This document shows, piece by piece, positions 27,883 through 36,328 of a stretch of DNA of 64,000 nt. Every line of letters begins with the position of its first letter. The first letter of the stretch is position 1. The notes under the pieces were generated by a model. That model was given only the letters and a program-made list of their open reading frames with translations, ran no database searches and was not told the origin of the DNA. This DNA is from Gammaproteobacteria bacterium (GTDB taxonomy: Bacteria; Pseudomonadota; Gammaproteobacteria; QNFE01). Where the stretch lies: positions 3,840 to 67,839 of the forward strand of contig QNFE01000005.1 of NCBI GenBank assembly GCA_003645455.1. Reading direction: 5' to 3'. Position numbers and translations under genes: made by a program.

Positions 27883-30800
27883 TTAAATCAAAATACTGTC
27901 TATTTTGGGTTCAGTTATTTTTTGAATACATATTTTTTGCCAATCTTTACCCCATTTTTTTTGTGCCATCTGACACACAACATAATCAGTTTTTAATTTT
28001 GTCTCGCTTTGATATCTAGATAATCCTTGCAAACATGAAGGGCAAGTAGTAATAATTGTTGTGGCTTTGGTATTTTTTTGCAAACTCTCTTGTAAATTTT
28101 TATTTTTTTTAAATTTTACCTGGGTAGATATATCAGCACGATTTATAGCAAATGTGCCAGATTCACCACAACATCTATCTGTAATTGTTATTTTATTATT
28201 ATCCTCGTCATTGTTATATTGCAACAAATCTCTTGTCATCTTTATGGGCTTGATATTTTTTGTAGGACTGTGACAAGGGTCGTGAAAAAGAAAACTTTTA
28301 TTTAGCTCTACACTTATATTTTGTTGGTGCAAAAATTCGTGAATATCTATAATTTCTACCTGGGGAAATATTTTTTCAAACTCATAATCGCAAAGTTTAT
28401 CCAAACAAGTTCCGCAAGAGACGATAACTTTTTTAATATCTAAGTAATTTAATGTTGTTGCTATTCTGTGGAATAAAACTTTGTTGTTAGTTATTATATT
28501 ATCTGATATACTTTTGTCACCTGCAGAACTTTGTGGATAACCACAACATAAATTAGGAGGAGGCAACACAACCTGAAAATCATATTCCCGTAACATAGCT
28601 ATGGTTGCTATCGCAATCTTAGGATATAATTTTTCACTACCACAGCCTGCAAAATAAAAAACACTTTGTTTTGGGTTTTTAATGGGTATTATCGACACAT
28701 TATAAGGATTATCAATTGACAAGATTGATGAGAGAGTTTTATGACTTATATCATTTGGTAGCGGCCGATTTATAAAATGGATAACCTGCTCTGTAATATT
28801 TGCAGTTTTACAGGTTGTTGCAGGTGGTTTTTGGAGTTGTTTTTTGGTTACATGGTAGTGCTTTAAAAGTTTATGGGCATATCTTTGCATCTTATAACTC
28901 ATAAAAAAAAGTCTTTTTAAGTTATTGATTATAAGAGTATTAGTGTTGTTTAAAAAAATATTACCAAATTTTGCTACTGGATGAGATCTTTTTTGCCCCA
29001 TAACATTTAAAATTATTCTCAGATTTGATGTTACGTCAGCAAAATTAATATCTACCGGACATTTTATCTTGCAACGGGCACAAACAGTGCAATGATCGCT
29101 AATATCATTAAAGCTTTCATAGTGTTTTTTGTCCACTCCACGACGAGTTTGACTCTCATAAAGATAAACTTCTAACAAAAGCCCTAAATTTAAGATTTTA
29201 TTTCGTGGTGAATATAACAAATTTGCCTCGGGAACATGTGTAGAGCAGGTAGATTTGCACTTTCCGCAACGAAGACAGTTTTTAAAGCTATCATTTAATT
29301 TATCCAAATCCTGTTGTTTTAAAATCAGAGCCTCTTGGTGCAAAAGTTGCAAAGATGGAGTCCATGCAACGGATAAATCTGCTTTATTTTGAAGTTTTCC
29401 TGGATTAAAAACATCATTTTTATCAACCTGTCTTTTATACTTTAAAAAACTTGTTTTTTGTTTTTTGTCAAGATATTGAAATTTTGTCAGTCCTATGCCA
29501 TGCTCTCCTGAAATAACTCCTCCTAATTTTTGGGCTATCAACATTATTTTATCTGCCATTTGATAGGCATCTGCCATAGCTTCATAATCGTGAGAATTTA
29601 CTGGAATATTCGTGTGGACATTACCGTCTCCCGCATGCATATGCAGACCTATGAATAATTTTCTCTTTGAGTTTTTATGATAATGTTGGAGCAGATTATT
29701 TTTTAAATCTGCAAAAATTTCACCGTCAAATATTCTTAAAATTTTATTTACATCCAATTCAAGTGACGCAGTGATATTCTGATTTGTTAAAAAATCTATC
29801 TGCAAACTTTTATTCAAATTGTTAAAAAAATCTATGGCATAATTATATTTGTCGTTCAATGACTTGTGTTGATTTTTATTATTACTTGAATATTTTTTTA
29901 TTATTTCAATAAAAATACCGATGGTTGCTGTAATGTTTTTTAAAGCATATTCTTCGTTTATTCTCTGAATTTCTTTGGTATATTGTGCTAATTTATCTAA
30001 TGGAATAACAACATCTTCATTTAATTTAAAAGCATTGGTGTGTTTGGCAATTGCTGCTGTTCTGCTCCTTGGCGCCCAAAAATCTTTAATCGAATTTGCA
30101 GTTTTTGCGACGAATACAGATGCGCCACATTTTTTAGATATTTTGGCGATAACTTGACAAGCATCATCTAATTTTTTTTGAGAATTAGCACAAATATCGG
30201 CCAACAAAATCATATGGGGAAGTTTATTTTTGTTGTCTTTGGGTGTATAGTTTACCGCTTTTAAATATGTCTGATCCAAATGCTCCAAGCCTGTTAATAA
30301 AAAACTATCATCATTTTGTTTGAGGTTTTTAATTTCAAATATTGCTGGAATAAATTTTTCCATCTCATCGCCATAAAACTCCATACAAATAGTTAAGCCA
30401 TAATCAAAAGATTTATGCAGCACAAATTTTGCTGATGTTATAAGACCGTCTGTGCCCTCTTTTTGCACCGCAGGCAAACCTTGCAAAAACTTATCAGTAA
30501 CATCCTTTCCCAAGCCATTTTTACGAAAAACAGAGCCTTTAATTTTTAAGGTATTATCACTTAATATTTTATTTTTTACATCGGTTGTAATTATTTTATA
30601 AACAACTAAATCATCAGGTTGTATTTTTTTTTCAATATAATTCAATCTTTCTACATCAACTATATTACCATCGGGATTTATCATCCTCCAAGAATGTAGA
30701 TTATCAACAGTTGTGCCATAACAAACAGCTTTTTTGCCACCGGCATTCATGGCAATATTGCCACCTATGGTAGAGGCATCAGCAGATGTAGGGTCTACTG

Positions 30801-31581
30801 CAAAAACCAAATCACGATTCTTTGCATAGTTTTCAATTTCGCGAGTTATAACACCACAACCGACATTAATGACAGTAATTTTTTGCTTTGAGTTTAATGG
30901 TTTTATTTTTTCTATACCAGTTATTTTATTTAATTTTTCAGTATTGATAACGACTGTATTTGCCACCAAAGGCACAACAGCTCCTGTGTAACCTGTGCCA
31001 GCACCAAATGAAATTATCTTTAATTTAAGTTTGATGCAGATTTTGACTAAATGCAAAGCTTCGGTTTCATCGTCAGGATAAAGCACACAAAGAGGATATT
31101 CGGATCGCCAATCAGTGGCATCGGTGCAGTGCGATATACATGCCATCGATGAAAAATCAATATTATCTTTATGTGTATATTTTTTAAATTTTATCGCAAC
31201 TTTTGCTCTTATTTTTTTTAATTGTTTTAAATTGCTTTCAAATTCAGTTACTCTGTTGCAAGTTTTTTGCCACAAAAATTTAGCATCTTGATTGTCATTT
31301 AATCTATTTTCAATTTGTTTTAACCTGTGTTGCATGGCATCAATAAGTTGTTTTTTGCGTTTTTTGTTAACAATTAAATCATTTTGGAGGTATGGGTTAC
31401 GGTTAACAATCCACATATCTCCCAAAACTTCAAAAAGCATCCTGGCAGAGCGCCCCGTTCGTCTTGCTTTTTTTAGTTTTTGTAAAATTTGCCAACTTTT
31501 TTTGCCTAATAGACGATAAATTATTTCTTTATCTGAAAAAGATGTATAATTATATGGTATTTCACGAATACGATTAGTCAT
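27883..31581 (-). CDS. Large FAD-binding/4Fe-4S oxidoreductase (DUF3683-type; GlcD-like + GlcF/CCG-like fusion)
   Basis: IREIPYNYTSFSD start, GAGTGYTGAVVP and IGGNIAMNAGG (FAD-PCMH), HAGDGNVH and SGEHGIG, CLRCGKCKSTC, CTVCARCKIKCP, CCG motifs. Start moved to MTNRIRE. Confidence 0.85.
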   Translation of the reverse strand: MTNRIREIPYNYTSFSDKEIIYRLLGKKSWQILQKLKKARRTGRSARMLFEVLGDMWIVNRNPYLQNDLIVNKKRKKQLIDAMQHRLKQIENRLNDNQDAKFLWQKTCNRVTEFESNLKQLKKIRAKVAIKFKKYTHKDNIDFSSMACISHCTDATDWRSEYPLCVLYPDDETEALHLVKICIKLKLKIISFGAGTGYTGAVVPLVANTVVINTEKLNKITGIEKIKPLNSKQKITVINVGCGVITREIENYAKNRDLVFAVDPTSADASTIGGNIAMNAGGKKAVCYGTTVDNLHSWRMINPDGNIVDVERLNYIEKKIQPDDLVVYKIITTDVKNKILSDNTLKIKGSVFRKNGLGKDVTDKFLQGLPAVQKEGTDGLITSAKFVLHKSFDYGLTICMEFYGDEMEKFIPAIFEIKNLKQNDDSFLLTGLEHLDQTYLKAVNYTPKDNKNKLPHMILLADICANSQKKLDDACQVIAKISKKCGASVFVAKTANSIKDFWAPRSRTAAIAKHTNAFKLNEDVVIPLDKLAQYTKEIQRINEEYALKNITATIGIFIEIIKKYSSNNKNQHKSLNDKYNYAIDFFNNLNKSLQIDFLTNQNITASLELDVNKILRIFDGEIFADLKNNLLQHYHKNSKRKLFIGLHMHAGDGNVHTNIPVNSHDYEAMADAYQMADKIMLIAQKLGGVISGEHGIGLTKFQYLDKKQKTSFLKYKRQVDKNDVFNPGKLQNKADLSVAWTPSLQLLHQEALILKQQDLDKLNDSFKNCLRCGKCKSTCSTHVPEANLLYSPRNKILNLGLLLEVYLYESQTRRGVDKKHYESFNDISDHCTVCARCKIKCPVDINFADVTSNLRIILNVMGQKRSHPVAKFGNIFLNNTNTLIINNLKRLFFMSYKMQRYAHKLLKHYHVTKKQLQKPPATTCKTANITEQVIHFINRPLPNDISHKTLSSILSIDNPYNVSIIPIKNPKQSVFYFAGCGSEKLYPKIAIATIAMLREYDFQVVLPPPNLCCGYPQSSAGDKSISDNIITNNKVLFHRIATTLNYLDIKKVIVSCGTCLDKLCDYEFEKIFPQVEIIDIHEFLHQQNISVELNKSFLFHDPCHSPTKNIKPIKMTRDLLQYNNDEDNNKITITDRCCGESGTFAINRADISTQVKFKKNKNLQESLQKNTKATTIITTCPSCLQGLSRYQSETKLKTDYVVCQMAQKKWGKDWQKICIQKITEPKIDSILI

Positions 31582-31619
31582 TATGTAACAATAAATAAAT
31601 TCACACATTATATATTTTT

Positions 31620-32171
31620 ATGAAAATTATTAACGGCATATTACAAGAGGTGACCCAAATTCCGTCACCTAACTTTGATGAACGTCCCATAAATGAGACC
31701 ATAAACCTATTAGTTATTCATAATATATCTCTGCCTCCTGGCAAATTTGGAGACAACTATATAGTTGATTTTTTTTGCAATAAATTGAAAACAGACCAAC
31801 ATCCTTTTTTTGCATCCATCAAAAATACAAAAGTATCGTCTCATTTTTTAATCCTAAGAAACGGAGAAATAATTCAATTTATCAACACAAAAAGAAGAGC
31901 CTGGCACGCAGGATTATCAGAATTTAATAACAAAAAAAATTGCAATGACTATTCCATTGGGGTAGAATTAGAGGGTACAGATAACATAAACTACACACCA
32001 CAACAATACCATGCCCTTAAAAAACTTACAGAATCAATAATAAAAGAATATCCAAAAATCACTAAAACAAGAATAACAGGACACAGCAATATAGCAAAAG
32101 GACGCAAGACAGACCCAGGAGATAGTTTTAAATGGCAATTATATTTTAAATCTTTGGGTGCCGATTTTTAA
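31620..32171 (+). CDS. ampD: 1,6-anhydro-N-acetylmuramyl-L-alanine amidase
   Basis: SPNFDERP, VIHNISLPPG, VSSHFLI, RAWHAG, SIGVELEG, GHSNIA.GRKTDPG. Confidence 0.95.
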   Translation: MKIINGILQEVTQIPSPNFDERPINETINLLVIHNISLPPGKFGDNYIVDFFCNKLKTDQHPFFASIKNTKVSSHFLILRNGEIIQFINTKRRAWHAGLSEFNNKKNCNDYSIGVELEGTDNINYTPQQYHALKKLTESIIKEYPKITKTRITGHSNIAKGRKTDPGDSFKWQLYFKSLGADF

Positions 32172-32197
32172 CACAGCTTCATTCAGTTATAATTTTG

Positions 32198-32460
32198 TCA
32201 ACAGATAACGGGATTTGATAATTGCTTTGGGTTCTTTTTCCTGTATTCTTTATCCACAAAAAAGAGTTTTAAAGGGGATATATCAGCACCATTGTTCCAT
32301 CCAATAGCATTAGAGTTTAGTTTAAATTTTTTAAAATAATCAATATCTTTCAAAGAAGCAAAAACACCATTATCTTTTTTATTAAGAATTAAATCTTGCA
32401 AATCAACTTTTTTATTGACAACATTAACCGAGTCTTCTTGCCAAATTTTGAAAACAAGAT
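32198..32460 (-). pseudogene. DUF2442-like (antitoxin-associated) fragment lacking a clear start
   Basis: VDL...GVFASLKD..YF......IGWNNGADISP pattern. The frame is open upstream of the TTG at 32401 but has no ATG, and it abuts the truncated yafQ. Confidence 0.5.
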
Positions 32461-32619
32461 CTAATTTGAACTTAATTTGTGATTTTTGTTTTTTGGTGGT
32501 AGCGGTTGATCGTTTGATAACAATAACAAAACATCTGTTAGTTTGTTGATTTTATAACCTCTTTTTATGGCTTGTTTATAGTCTCTTTTAAATTGGTTAG
32601 AGCGAACAATATCTCTCAT
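32461..32619 (-). pseudogene. yafQ: Truncated YafQ-family toxin (52 aa, not in the ORF track)
   Basis: Translates as MRDIVRSNQFKRDYKQAIKRGYKINKLTDVLLLLSNDQPLPPKNKNHKLSSN*, i.e. the YafQ N-terminal half. A TAG falls where the family has Trp (H.L.G.W). The start is 4 bp after the dinJ stop. Confidence 0.8.
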
Positions 32620-32623
32620 ATTT

Positions 32624-32896
32624 TTATGAATTAAGATCTTGCATTAAATCATCAACAGATTTAAATCTCTGTTGAGTTGATAAATCTTCATTGATAGCAT
32701 CTATTGTAATTTTATTTGGTGTATTTTGTTGTTGGCTCTCATCAATATTAAAAGGCAATTTTTGTAAAGCAACTAATTGACGATAAAACATTGTTATGGC
32801 TTGATTTTGGCTCAAACCAATCGAGGCTAACACAGCATCAGCATGCTTTTTTAAATCAGGAGCGATTTTGGTATTGATTGTAGTTGTCATAGCCAT
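32624..32896 (-). CDS. dinJ: RelB/DinJ family antitoxin
   Basis: INTKIAPDLKKHADAVLASIGLSQNQAITMFYRQL....KLPF, TPNKITIDAI and RFKSVDDLMQDL are typical RelB/DinJ segments. Confidence 0.85.
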   Translation of the reverse strand: MAMTTTINTKIAPDLKKHADAVLASIGLSQNQAITMFYRQLVALQKLPFNIDESQQQNTPNKITIDAINEDLSTQQRFKSVDDLMQDLNS

Positions 32897-33009
32897 AATA
32901 AAATAAATTCTTTGAGTTCTGCCATTATACTTTTTTTAAGAATACTTTTTTATTTTTTTGTGGATTTTTTTGTTGTTATGCATTCCAATTTTTGAAAAGT
33001 GGGAACGAG

Positions 33010-33591
33010 TTAATTTCTATCAGATTTGTGTTTTTCCAGATAACTAATCACTCTTTCTAAAAACTTTGTATCATCTTTGAATCTTCCTAACCCAGTATTA
33101 CAACTATCGCATATCCATTCTCGCCCCTTGCCAGTTTCGTGATCATGGTCTCTGACTAAATTTGCTGTTATTCCTACTATAGTGGTTTTTAAACAAATAG
33201 GACACTCAAAGATACTGCCTTTTCCGGGTTTTACTTTGTTCATTTTATTTTTTTCTGCGGCTGTTAATTTAACGCCATCTATATTTTTTCTGCATTCTTT
33301 GCAGCTTGGTCTAGTTGTTTTTTGCCCTTTTGCATCTGTTTGGTTTACATCAAATTCTTCTGTGGTTTTCAGGATGTGGCAAATATTACATATTTTTTTG
33401 TCGTATCCCTTTCCAGTATGTTCGGCATCTATGGCTCTGATATTATCAAAATCTACTCTTAGTATTTTATTTAAGCCCACGAATAAAACCATAGCATTTT
33501 TACCATTTATAGCTTTGATAATTCCTATGGAATTGTTTGCTATGTTGCTTAATTTTGTTGTATTGATAATAATATTGTCAATTTTTATCAT
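33010..33591 (-). CDS. Hpy99I-like type II restriction endonuclease (beta-beta-alpha-Me, Zn-binding)
   Basis: Four CxxC pairs (CNIC, CKEC, CPIC, CDSC); DHDH...REWICDSCNTGLGRF active-site region; segments TGKGYDKKICNICHILK and NQTDAKG..TTRPSC match Hpy99I as recalled. Confidence 0.85.
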   Translation of the reverse strand: MIKIDNIIINTTKLSNIANNSIGIIKAINGKNAMVLFVGLNKILRVDFDNIRAIDAEHTGKGYDKKICNICHILKTTEEFDVNQTDAKGQKTTRPSCKECRKNIDGVKLTAAEKNKMNKVKPGKGSIFECPICLKTTIVGITANLVRDHDHETGKGREWICDSCNTGLGRFKDDTKFLERVISYLEKHKSDRN

Positions 33592-34385
33592 ACAAATATT
33601 CCTAATGCATCGGTCAACCTTTTTTGTGCAATGTCTATATATTGCTCGCTAATATCTACCCCAATATATTTTCTATTATTTAATGTTGCCATTTTACAAG
33701 TCGTTCCAGACCCGCACATAGGATCAAAAACAACATCACCTTTATTGCTCCAAGATAATATATGGTCTTGTGCTAATTTTTCTGGATATATAGCAGGATG
33801 CTGAAAGGCTTTTTTATCGTTGGTGCTTCCGCCTAATCCAACAGCATAATACCAAATATTGCTTTTTGTTTTTTCCTTTTTCAATTCTTTTAATATTTTG
33901 TTGTTTTTTGCATCTGCTCCTTTGTTGTGGACAAGCATTTCCAAGCCACTTCGGACGGTGGGTTCTTTTAGGGGGTTAAAAGTTTTTGGACTTCCTTTGG
34001 ATAGCACAAACATATACTCATGACCGTTTGTATAAGCATTAGAACGCATAAATGGTGTATTTTTTTTTGCATATATCATTACATCGTGAACATTGAATCC
34101 AATTTTTTGAAAATATAAAGCATGTTTGAAGCTGGTTAAAGTTTTATTTCCTTTGTTTATTTTGTCTCCAATAACCCAAACTAACACACCGCCTTTTTTT
34201 GTTACCCTAAAAAGCTCACAAGCCATTTTTTCAAATTCAAACTCATATCCATTATAGTTTCTAAGGTTATCATATGGTGGTGAGGTGACAGTAAGATCAA
34301 CGCTACTTGTGTCCATATATTTTTTCATGAACTCAATTGAATTAGCCGTATGCAGTTTGTTTATTATATTTTCTTTCATATGCAA
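33588..34385 (-). CDS. Beta-class DNA methyltransferase, probably N4-cytosine (cognate of the Hpy99I-like enzyme)
   Basis: Motif IV TSPPY precedes motif I DPMCGSGTT (beta order); HPAIYP; ATGA overlap with the endonuclease gene. Confidence 0.88.
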   Translation of the reverse strand: MHMKENIINKLHTANSIEFMKKYMDTSSVDLTVTSPPYDNLRNYNGYEFEFEKMACELFRVTKKGGVLVWVIGDKINKGNKTLTSFKHALYFQKIGFNVHDVMIYAKKNTPFMRSNAYTNGHEYMFVLSKGSPKTFNPLKEPTVRSGLEMLVHNKGADAKNNKILKELKKEKTKSNIWYYAVGLGGSTNDKKAFQHPAIYPEKLAQDHILSWSNKGDVVFDPMCGSGTTCKMATLNNRKYIGVDISEQYIDIAQKRLTDALGIFV

Positions 34386-34401
34386 CGTTTTCTTTGACTT
34401 A

Positions 34402-35658
34402 TTATTTTTTCATCATTGCAAAAAATTCTTCATTCGTTTTGCTGTCTTGCATTCTTTTGACGACAAATTCAATCGCAGCGATCTCGTCCATTTGGTGTAA
34501 AAATTTGCGTAAAATCCAAATTTTTTGTTGTTGCTCTTCTGATAATAATAACTCTTCACGGCGAGTGCCAGAGCGGTTTACATTGATGGCAGGATAGATA
34601 CGTCTCTCAGAGGCTTTACGGTCTAAGTGTAATTCCATATTTCCTGTGCCTTTAAACTCTTCATAAATAACCTCGTCCATTTTGGAGCCGGTATCAACTA
34701 ATGCTGTGGCAAGAATCGTCAAAGAACCGCCCTCTTCAATATTGCGAGCTGCTCCGAAAAATCTTTTCGGACGATGTAAAGCATTAGCATCAACTCCGCC
34801 TGTTAAAATCTTGCCAGATGATGGGGCAACTGTATTATAAGCACGTGCTAAACGAGTAATTGAATCCAATAAAATAACTACATCTTGTTTGTGTTCGACA
34901 AGTCTGCGGGCTTTTTCAATTACCATCTCAGCGACCTGTACATGACGGGTAGCAGGCTCATCAAAAGTGGATGAAATTACCTCGCCTCTAACCATTCTTT
35001 CCATTTCTGTTACTTCCTCTGGACGTTCATCAATCAACAACACCATAAGGCTTACCTCAGGATGGTTGGCGGCAATACTTTGGGCGATATTTTGCAGCAT
35101 CATAGTTTTACCTGCTTTTGGAGGCGAGACAATCAATCCCCTTTGTCCTTTACCGATAGGTGACATTATATCAATAATGCGAGGAGTGATATCTTCTGTG
35201 CTACCATTGCCAAGCTCTAAGGTGAATCTTTTATTAGCATGCAAGGGTGTCAGGTTTTCAAAAAGTATTTTATTACGAATCTCATCTGGATGGGAATCGT
35301 TTATTTTATCTACCTTTAAAAGAGCAAAATATTTTTCTGTATCTTTGGGAGGGCGAATTTTACCAAATACAGTGTCTCCTGTTCTAAGAGAAAAACGTCG
35401 AATTTGACTGGGAGAAACATATATATCATCAGATCCTGCCAAATATGAACTATCTTTTGATCTTAAAAAACCAAAACCATCTGGTAAAATCTCCAAGGCT
35501 CCATCACCAAATATATCCTCGCCTTGTTTAGCATGTGCTTTTAAGATTGCAAAAATAATGTCTTGTTTGCGATTACGGACAGTATTGGCAATATTCATAG
35601 ACTGTGCCATTTCTATTAGTTGGGGGACAGATTTTGTTTTGAGTTCTGCAAGATTCAT
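34402..35658 (-). CDS. rho: Transcription termination factor Rho
   Basis: [47 protein letters not shown]. Confidence 0.98.
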   Translation of the reverse strand: MNLAELKTKSVPQLIEMAQSMNIANTVRNRKQDIIFAILKAHAKQGEDIFGDGALEILPDGFGFLRSKDSSYLAGSDDIYVSPSQIRRFSLRTGDTVFGKIRPPKDTEKYFALLKVDKINDSHPDEIRNKILFENLTPLHANKRFTLELGNGSTEDITPRIIDIMSPIGKGQRGLIVSPPKAGKTMMLQNIAQSIAANHPEVSLMVLLIDERPEEVTEMERMVRGEVISSTFDEPATRHVQVAEMVIEKARRLVEHKQDVVILLDSITRLARAYNTVAPSSGKILTGGVDANALHRPKRFFGAARNIEEGGSLTILATALVDTGSKMDEVIYEEFKGTGNMELHLDRKASERRIYPAINVNRSGTRREELLLSEEQQQKIWILRKFLHQMDEIAAIEFVVKRMQDSKTNEEFFAMMKK

Positions 35659-35789
35659 AAAAATTTTAAGTTAAAAAAGAAAAGTTGAAAAAAGTTGAAA
35701 ATAAAAAAATAAATAATTTGAAAAATTTGTAAAAAGATTGGATAAAAATAATTGTCGATATTATAACATTGTTTTTTATAAAAAAAGTT

Positions 35790-36293
35790 TTATTTTCTTT
35801 TTTTTATTTTTCTGATGATATAAATTCGCCAAATAACCCTAATTGAAACATAACCTACAATAGCAGAGCTTGCACCAATTATAAAACAACCCAATAAAAA
35901 AGGTTGCCAAATTATTGCAAAAGAATCCATTATATAACTTATATTTACTTTAAATTCCATATTGTTACCACTTTGTCCCATAACCCATAATCCTAATTTA
36001 TAGGCACCGTAATACATCGGTGGAATTGTAAAAGGGTTGGTGATCCACACTAATCCCACCGATATAGGGAGATTTACTCTGAAATATATTCCACTAATTG
36101 TGGCGAGAACCATCTGCAAAGGCACAGGCACCCATGCTAAAAATAAACCGTTAGCAAATGCCCCTGAAACCGAGCGACGGTTAAGATGCCACAGATTAGG
36201 ATCGTGAAATTTATCACCAAATTTTGCTAGATACTTATGAGTCTTTATGCTCTCAGCAGAAGGAAAATGTTTTTTTAAAAATTTTTTTGGCAT
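35790..36293 (-). CDS. DUF2062 family membrane protein
   Basis: LWHLNRRSVSGAFANGLF..WVPVPLQM and NLPISVGLVWITNPFTIPP; start moved to MPKKFL. Confidence 0.85.
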   Translation of the reverse strand: MPKKFLKKHFPSAESIKTHKYLAKFGDKFHDPNLWHLNRRSVSGAFANGLFLAWVPVPLQMVLATISGIYFRVNLPISVGLVWITNPFTIPPMYYGAYKLGLWVMGQSGNNMEFKVNISYIMDSFAIIWQPFLLGCFIIGASSAIVGYVSIRVIWRIYIIRKIKKRK

Positions 36294-36328
36294 AATATGT
36301 GGTTGTATTTTTGTATTTTTATTTTTAT

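Noticed and set aside
35678-35705. Duplicated aaaagttgaa upstream of rho
   Set aside because: Low-complexity A-rich sequence expected by chance at this composition.
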